Shown here: in pieces, positions 58,589 to 64,000 of the stretch
How positions within the stretch are numbered: position 1 is the first letter of the stretch
Layout: each line of letters opens with the position of its first letter
Assembly: GCA_964548115.1 (NCBI GenBank)
Contig: CAZJPQ010000015.1
Span: 3,923 to 67,922, forward strand
From: an uncultured Planctomycetaceae bacterium
GTDB taxonomy: Bacteria; Planctomycetota; UBA8742; UBA2392; JABWBM01
DNA: 64,000 bases
Direction: 5' to 3'
Notes under the pieces: generated by a model
Told to the model about the DNA's origin: nothing
The model's input: the letters and a program-made list of their open reading frames with translations, nothing else
Databases searched by the model: none
Program-made: the position numbers and the translations under genes

Positions 58589-61500
58589 TTAAGAATCTGA
58601 AATCTTCTCAACACTATAATCATGGTCCCTTTTATAAAGAACCTTCGCTCCAAGAATCGTATCATCTTCTCTTAAATTATCCAAGACATCAAGCCCGCGA
58701 ATAATTCGCCCAAAAACACTATAGTTTTCATCCAGCCTTTGAACGGGCTCGGTATTTGCCAGCACAAAATAAAATTGTGAACCAGCAGTATCTTTATCTT
58801 CACCAGGACTTCGGGCCATGGCAATACGTCCGCGAAAATGTTTTCGAAGCGCTTCAAACTTAATGCGATAGCCTGGCCCACCGCTTCCGTCACCTTCAGG
58901 ATCTCCGCCTTGAATCGCAAACCCTGGAACAAAACGATGAAAAGTAACCTTATCATAAAAATTCTTCTCAACTAGACCTATAAAGCTTGCTACGGTGTTG
59001 GGGGCATCATCCTCGAAAAGAACCAGCTCAATATCGCCCTGACTCGTCTGAAGCAACACTCGCGGAAGGTTTTGCTCTTCCTCAAGTGCATGCTTTGCTT
59101 CTTCTTCTGCCCAATCTTTTGATAAAGCCTCAAAAAAAGCGATCTGACGTTCAAAGCTTGTTTCAAGTTGAGTTCCAAAGAACCCTTTTACCCTCTCTTG
59201 AAGCAGCTCAATGGCTTCTGTGTATTGATGCTCATCGCCTAAAAGAATTGATTCGAAAAGCTCAAAGTCCCTTCTTTCCGGAAACTGAAGTGTTTCCTTT
59301 CTCTGATCTTCAGAAAACTCATTCAAAAGAGCTTGAGCCGATTCAAAAGCTGCTTGAGCAGTAGCAATATGACGAAGCTTTCTCTGAAACTCCATTTTCG
59401 AAACAAAGAGCCTAAACAGATCTGAAGAATTTTCTGCTGCCTTCAGGACCTGAGATAAGCGCTCAAAAGCATACTCGGCAGCCTCTGGTTTATTTTCCAG
59501 AATATATCTGGGATAAAGCCCCTCATTCCCTTCCTCTCCAAAACGCTTGAAGTTTTGAAGAACCTTCATTTGAGCCGAAGCATCCATTTGCTGGTAGCTC
59601 GCTGTGAGATCTTCAATTTTTACACTTTGGACAAAAAGCTTTGCAAGAAAGCTTTGAAGCTCAAGATCTTTCTCTGTTCTTTCTTTTTGTCCGGAAGAAA
59701 TCTTTTGAGCTTGCTCTTCAATCACTTTTCCAAGACTTTGAAGATGTGACAGAATCACTTCTGGATCCTCTCCTGCTTGAAGAAGCTTCTGGGTATATCG
59801 GCTTTCAAGGTCGAGCACAAAATCCCAAAGATCGCGCTCTTGCAGACTCTTGCGAAGAGATTCAAAAAGGGGTGTGCGTTTCTGCTCACCAAATTCTTCA
59901 AAAAACATGAAAAAGAATCTTATAAGCTCCGAAGCCAAGGCTTGGGCATTACGCTTTTGCTCTTCATCACGTTCTTCCTCTGAACCCTCGAAAGTATTGG
60001 CTATATGAAGTTCAATCGCCTGAAATGTTTTCTGAAGACTTGTCAGAGCAGCTTGGGCTTCAGGACTTTCCCCAGCATCAATCCAACGAACACGCCCTTG
60101 CTCTATGAACCAGTCAAGGGGCACCTCCTCCAGCTTAGCTACGACCGGCTCAAGACTCTCAAGGAACGTATAAGCCTGCTTGAAGTTTTGTTGGCCAATT
60201 TCTCCTCTTAAGATAGAAGCACCTAATCTGTAAAGATCCTGATAAAGATCAAATGTTTCAAGTTCAAGCACAGAAGAAGCAAGACGTTCAAAGAGTCTTA
60301 AAGGATTCTGGAATGCTTTTTGATTCAGCTGAAAATGGAGATACTGAAAAAGCATAGAGCGGCTTTCTTCACCTTCAAGTCCTTCAAATGTTTCTTGGAA
60401 TGCTTTCTCTTCAAAGTCTTCCGAAACGAGAGAGAGGATAAGCTTTTGAGTAAAGTAACGATTCATAAGACCGCTTGAAACGGAAGTTGCTGTTTTAGAC
60501 TCCAGGCTTTTGTGAATTTCAGCGGCCTGGGAAAGGACAGCCTCTGCTTCTTCCCAATGATTTCGACCCACAAGAACTTCAAGAGTGGCAACCCCAAGAT
60601 TAAAACTCTCCACTCCGAGTTCCTGGGCTTCAAAGACCTGAGAAAGTCGCTCAAAAAAGCGAGAGAGCTCTACTATCTTATTCGAATAAAGACTTCCTTC
60701 AAGCATTTCCATAAGCTCATCGCGTTTGTCTGCACTGAGAATATCAGCCAGTATTGCCTCTGCTTTTTCATGCGAATAAACCTCTTGCTCCAAAGCGATC
60801 AAAAACTTGTAGATATCAAATTGGAATTTCGTTTCCAGAGGCTCTAAAAGCTCTTGATAGTTAAGCAAAGTATCTTCAGCTAATCCGGGGTTCTTTTCCC
60901 CAAAAAGCAGCATATCTACAATGGTCGGAGCAAGCTGCAAAGCATGTCGATGAAATATCTCCCCCTGATCTTTCAGATAAGCGATATAAGCATCCGAAAA
61001 GGCTATGAACGTTTGCTTGCCTCTATCTTTTTCGTTCAAAAAAAGCTGCTCAAGCAAGCCCGAACGGTCCTCTATGGCATCTTGCACAGGCTTAACCGGA
61101 TAGTCCTTCACGAATTGAAGCACTTCTTCAACAGAAAAATCTTCAAACTCTTTCTGCTTTAACAGCCCAAGCTGGATGATAATCTGGGCAGGATCCTTCT
61201 CAACCAGAACCTCCATAGCCTGCCCAATTTTCATCTGAATATTTTCGGAATCTTCTTGTATAATCGTCTCAAGCGTAGCTACAAACTCATCATAAGCTTC
61301 CTGGCGAAGGTTATTTTCGGCCTCAAGTGCCTCAAGTTCTAAGCCTGCTTCAATGGAAGGCAGAGAACTATAGTTAAAAGGGTGAAGGTCTTGGGAACGG
61401 AGCGCTTCAAGACCAGAAGTAGGATCAAAGCCCGAAGGGGTAATTCCATAAACAAAATGACGTCCCCGGCTAACCCCCAGATATCCAAAGCCAATCCGGG

Positions 61501-62092
61501 TTTTTCCAGGTATAAGCTCAGGCAAAGAAAGGACAAGCCGCCCACGAACCTCCGCAGGGCTAAAGTGAGGAGAGGATGCACGCATCGTTAAAGCATCCTG
61601 CTGGCCTTGAGAACTTCCAATAAAAATCTGTTCAATAGGGTTCTCAGAATTAAATGAAGGAATATACAAAGGAGTATAACTATAAAAATGAACGTTTTGG
61701 CTATCCCCACTCAACCAGATGCTGATGCTTTCGCCAAAGTCAAGCAGTCCTGAAAGCTCGTGAGCTTTCAAGCTGTAGTCAACGACTAATAAATCGTCCT
61801 GAGCCCGATGAAGTTGCAACGTTAGAGTTGAAAGTGGAGATTGATCTTGTGGTTGGTTTGGTGTGGGATGAGGAGCTTGAGCCGGATAGCGGTTCAGTTC
61901 TATGGTATTCGAGCGCAAAGGAGCAACCAACAACGATGTTTTGTCATTTTGAGAACTCCTTTGCTTTGGGGCATAAGGCTTTAAGCGACCTTGAGGCGAA
62001 GAAGAAGTATCGTCACCGCAGCCCAAAAATAAAGTGCCGAAAGAGAGGCTGATTAAAGAGCATAAAAGAACATATGAATAAATTGTTCTCAC
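58589..62092 (-). CDS. Large lipoprotein (1167 aa) with C-terminal cyclophilin-type peptidyl-prolyl cis-trans isomerase domain
   Basis: N-terminal lipoprotein signal (LISLSFGTLFLGC-G lipobox). ~1000-aa alpha-helical region. C-terminal cyclophilin fold (FHRFVPGFAIQGGDPEGDGSGGPGY...GRIAMARSPGEDKDTAGSQFYFVL...YSVFGRIIRGLDVLDNL). Confidence 0.75.
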   Translation of the reverse strand: MRTIYSYVLLCSLISLSFGTLFLGCGDDTSSSPQGRLKPYAPKQRSSQNDKTSLLVAPLRSNTIELNRYPAQAPHPTPNQPQDQSPLSTLTLQLHRAQDDLLVVDYSLKAHELSGLLDFGESISIWLSGDSQNVHFYSYTPLYIPSFNSENPIEQIFIGSSQGQQDALTMRASSPHFSPAEVRGRLVLSLPELIPGKTRIGFGYLGVSRGRHFVYGITPSGFDPTSGLEALRSQDLHPFNYSSLPSIEAGLELEALEAENNLRQEAYDEFVATLETIIQEDSENIQMKIGQAMEVLVEKDPAQIIIQLGLLKQKEFEDFSVEEVLQFVKDYPVKPVQDAIEDRSGLLEQLFLNEKDRGKQTFIAFSDAYIAYLKDQGEIFHRHALQLAPTIVDMLLFGEKNPGLAEDTLLNYQELLEPLETKFQFDIYKFLIALEQEVYSHEKAEAILADILSADKRDELMEMLEGSLYSNKIVELSRFFERLSQVFEAQELGVESFNLGVATLEVLVGRNHWEEAEAVLSQAAEIHKSLESKTATSVSSGLMNRYFTQKLILSLVSEDFEEKAFQETFEGLEGEESRSMLFQYLHFQLNQKAFQNPLRLFERLASSVLELETFDLYQDLYRLGASILRGEIGQQNFKQAYTFLESLEPVVAKLEEVPLDWFIEQGRVRWIDAGESPEAQAALTSLQKTFQAIELHIANTFEGSEEERDEEQKRNAQALASELIRFFFMFFEEFGEQKRTPLFESLRKSLQERDLWDFVLDLESRYTQKLLQAGEDPEVILSHLQSLGKVIEEQAQKISSGQKERTEKDLELQSFLAKLFVQSVKIEDLTASYQQMDASAQMKVLQNFKRFGEEGNEGLYPRYILENKPEAAEYAFERLSQVLKAAENSSDLFRLFVSKMEFQRKLRHIATAQAAFESAQALLNEFSEDQRKETLQFPERRDFELFESILLGDEHQYTEAIELLQERVKGFFGTQLETSFERQIAFFEALSKDWAEEEAKHALEEEQNLPRVLLQTSQGDIELVLFEDDAPNTVASFIGLVEKNFYDKVTFHRFVPGFAIQGGDPEGDGSGGPGYRIKFEALRKHFRGRIAMARSPGEDKDTAGSQFYFVLANTEPVQRLDENYSVFGRIIRGLDVLDNLREDDTILGAKVLYKRDHDYSVEKISDS

Positions 62093-62298
62093 CGTGAGAC
62101 TCCTTTACGTTATTCCGTGCTTTAAAAAGGATCTTTATTTGTACGATCTCTTTTAACATGATAAAAGGAAAATTGCGATAAAAGTCTTAGAAATAAGCCT
62201 TTTTGAGGTGCGTCCTCCCGCTTTACCCCATGGGAAGTTTTGTTCTCACTTGGATAAGGAATATCGAGCCCCTGGCCCCACAAATTAAAGTCAGTACA

Positions 62299-63072
62299 TC
62301 AGGCATTTTCTTGATTTAAGGCAAGCAAAAGCGAACTGGCAGCAATAGCCGCTGTAGCAGTGCGGAGAATCTCTCCAGGAAGTCTGAGGACTGGCCAGCT
62401 GGCGTTTTCAAAATAAGCTCTTTCAGCTTGACTCCAACCACCTTCCGGTCCAATCAACACATATGTCTGCTTTGTTTTTCGCGTCAAGTCAGATAAAGGT
62501 ACGCCTGAAGTTGTCTTATCGCAAACAATAACGTGATGCTTCCTAAAAGTGTCGGGATCAGAATTTTCCTGATCCCAAAAAAGTTTGTCAAAATCTGAGA
62601 TCGTATAAGTAGGATGAACACGAATAAACGTATTTGATCCTGACTGCTTGCAGGCCTTAATCGCCAAACGCAAAAACCGTTGCTCTAGAGCCGCACTTTT
62701 ACGCTGACTTAAATCGACCTCACTATAATCCGTTTTGAGAGGAATAATTTCGCTCACCCCCAGCTCAGCAAGGCGCACAACAAGCTGATCAAAATCCTTT
62801 TTTGGCGGAGCAACCACAACCGTAAGCTTATACTCAGATTTTGAGCTCTGCTCTTTTAAAGGTTTTATGATTTTGAGCCATGCGGTTTTCTTTTTTATTG
62901 CAGCAACTGAAGCAATGGCACTCCTGCCTTTACCATCAAAGATTTCGACTTGATTATCGACCTGGAATCGTAAAACGTGCAGCAAATGATGAGACTCACT
63001 TGCATCAAGTTCTACTGCCTCCCCTCCTTCGAAAGTAAAACGAGGAGCATAAAAACGTTTTAAACGTGACAC
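62299..63072 (-). CDS. rsmE: 16S rRNA (uracil1498-N3)-methyltransferase RsmE
   Basis: C-terminal SPOUT motif VLIGPEGGWSQAE and N-terminal PUA-like domain (RFYAP...GEAVELDASESHHLLHVLR). Start placed at a GTG preceded by AGAGGA (VSRLKRFYAP). The upstream ATG at 63111 lacks an RBS. Confidence 0.75.
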   Translation of the reverse strand: MSRLKRFYAPRFTFEGGEAVELDASESHHLLHVLRFQVDNQVEIFDGKGRSAIASVAAIKKKTAWLKIIKPLKEQSSKSEYKLTVVVAPPKKDFDQLVVRLAELGVSEIIPLKTDYSEVDLSQRKSAALEQRFLRLAIKACKQSGSNTFIRVHPTYTISDFDKLFWDQENSDPDTFRKHHVIVCDKTTSGVPLSDLTRKTKQTYVLIGPEGGWSQAERAYFENASWPVLRLPGEILRTATAAIAASSLLLALNQENA

Positions 63073-63343
63073 AAAGATCCTCTTCTTCCAGTATAAAGAC
63101 AGCTCATCCAATACAGATAAAGTTCTTATTCGTTATATGAGTGCAAATAAAGTTTTTTATTACTTTAAAAATTTCTTTGCTGTCAGAAAATCTCTTCGCT
63201 TCTATTTTAAGTTCAAAGAATCAGCGTTGCTAAATTTTTTGCAGGCCCTATACTGACGATTTCGTTTAGAATGAGCTTGAAGAAATTATTATAAATTTAC
63301 GACTCTTTTCGATACTTAAAAAACCTTAAAGCGGGCAAGATAT

Positions 63344-63805
63344 ATGGATACAGACGAACTCAAAGCACTGATTGACCTTATGAACAGCAATGACTTGCTT
63401 GAGCTTGAAGTTGTTGAAGAAGGCAAAAAAATACGCCTCAAGAAAATGTATGAAGGTAACCCAAAGATTGTGAGTATGCCAGTTGCACCTCCATCGATTC
63501 CTTCCAGCGCACCAGCTTCAACTGCTCAAGAAACAAGTGACCAGACAAATGCCCAAACACTCAGCGGTCATGTCATTAAAAGCCCAATGGTTGGGACATT
63601 TTATCGTTCACCAAACCCAGAAAGTTCGCCTTATGTTGATGTCGGCAGTGAAGTGACAGAGGAAACCGTAGTCTGTATTCTTGAGGCTATGAAAGTCTTT
63701 AACGAGATCAAAGCAGAAGTTAAAGGAAAGATTAAAGAAATTCTAGTAGAAGATGGCGAATCTGTAGAGTACGGCCAGCCACTTTTCAGTGTTGATCCTG
63801 CTTAA
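63344..63805 (+). CDS. accB: Acetyl-CoA carboxylase biotin carboxyl carrier protein
   Basis: 153 aa. P/A/S-rich linker and C-terminal biotinyl domain with the EAMKVFNEIKAEV lysine motif. Confidence 0.85.
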   Translation: MDTDELKALIDLMNSNDLLELEVVEEGKKIRLKKMYEGNPKIVSMPVAPPSIPSSAPASTAQETSDQTNAQTLSGHVIKSPMVGTFYRSPNPESSPYVDVGSEVTEETVVCILEAMKVFNEIKAEVKGKIKEILVEDGESVEYGQPLFSVDPA

Positions 63806-63854
63806 AGCCAGTTGACAGCTTTTTTGAAGCTTCCAGATACGAAATAAGGCCCTT

Positions 63855-64000
63855 ATGTTTAAACGAATCTTAATTGCAAACCGAGGAGAAATTGCCCTGC
63901 GCATCATTCGCGCGGCAAGGGAACTTGGTATTGAAAGCGTTTGCGTTTTCTCAGAAGCAGATCGTGGTGCGGCTTATCTTCAACTGGCAAATCGTGCAAT
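63855..64000 (+). CDS. accC: Acetyl-CoA carboxylase biotin carboxylase subunit (5' partial, runs off window)
   Basis: [45 protein letters not shown] matches the AccC N-terminus ([20 protein letters not shown]). Immediately downstream of accB. Confidence 0.85.
   Translation, partial: MFKRILIANRGEIALRIIRAARELGIESVCVFSEADRGAAYLQLANRA

Noticed and set aside
1-64000. CRISPR arrays, insertion sequences, integrases, toxin-antitoxin pairs, restriction-modification genes
   Set aside because: I scanned for short regularly spaced direct repeats and for transposase, integrase or nuclease motifs and found none. The only strongly repetitive DNA is coding, in the giant coiled-coil gene.

Overview
The window is a densely coding chromosomal segment of moderate GC content (mid-40s % by eye, not computed) with AT-rich intergenic regions. 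I found no rRNA, CRISPR array, transposase or integrase. Housekeeping genes: DEAD-box RNA helicase, BshC-like bacillithiol ligase, aconitase A, a flavin-reductase-domain protein, a single-polypeptide NuoE-NuoF-like flavoprotein, gamma-carbonic-anhydrase-like protein, RibF, RsmB, SpoVR-like protein, SemiSWEET-like mini-transporter, HemL, metallophosphoesterase, FeoAB, FolC, XseB, an isolated nuoH-nuoI-nuoJ-nuoK block, glutamate dehydrogenase, an HxxEH-less M16 peptidase homolog, a long ThyX, SAM methyltransferase, acyl-CoA dehydrogenase, DUF1501-type TAT-exported protein, MBL-fold hydrolase, NUDIX hydrolase, RsmE, AccB and the start of AccC. Two tRNA-Leu isoacceptors are present: UAG on the - strand (13286..13370) and GAG on the + strand (54291..54377). 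Envelope and regulatory content is more unusual. There is an overlapping ECF sigma / giant anti-sigma pair. A five-gene TonB system resembles the TonB2 (TtpB/TtpC) type. A 1028-aa signal-peptide TPR protein is present. A ~1320-aa secreted coiled-coil protein is followed by an acidic secreted protein and a clean bidirectional terminator. A 1167-aa lipoprotein ends in a cyclophilin domain. NuoH carries a ~195-residue charged insertion between TM2 and TM3. The DUF1501-TAT protein, giant anti-sigma, huge coiled-coil proteins and N-terminally extended ThyX suggest a PVC-superphylum-like organism (Planctomycetes / Verrucomicrobia / Chlamydiae-related), but this cannot be settled from sequence alone. 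No classical defence or mobile system was recognised. The candidate novelties are architectural: the NuoH insertion, the TtpC-type TonB cluster, the giant secreted coiled-coil pair, the cyclophilin lipoprotein cluster, and a perfect palindromic operator-like site upstream of feoAB.
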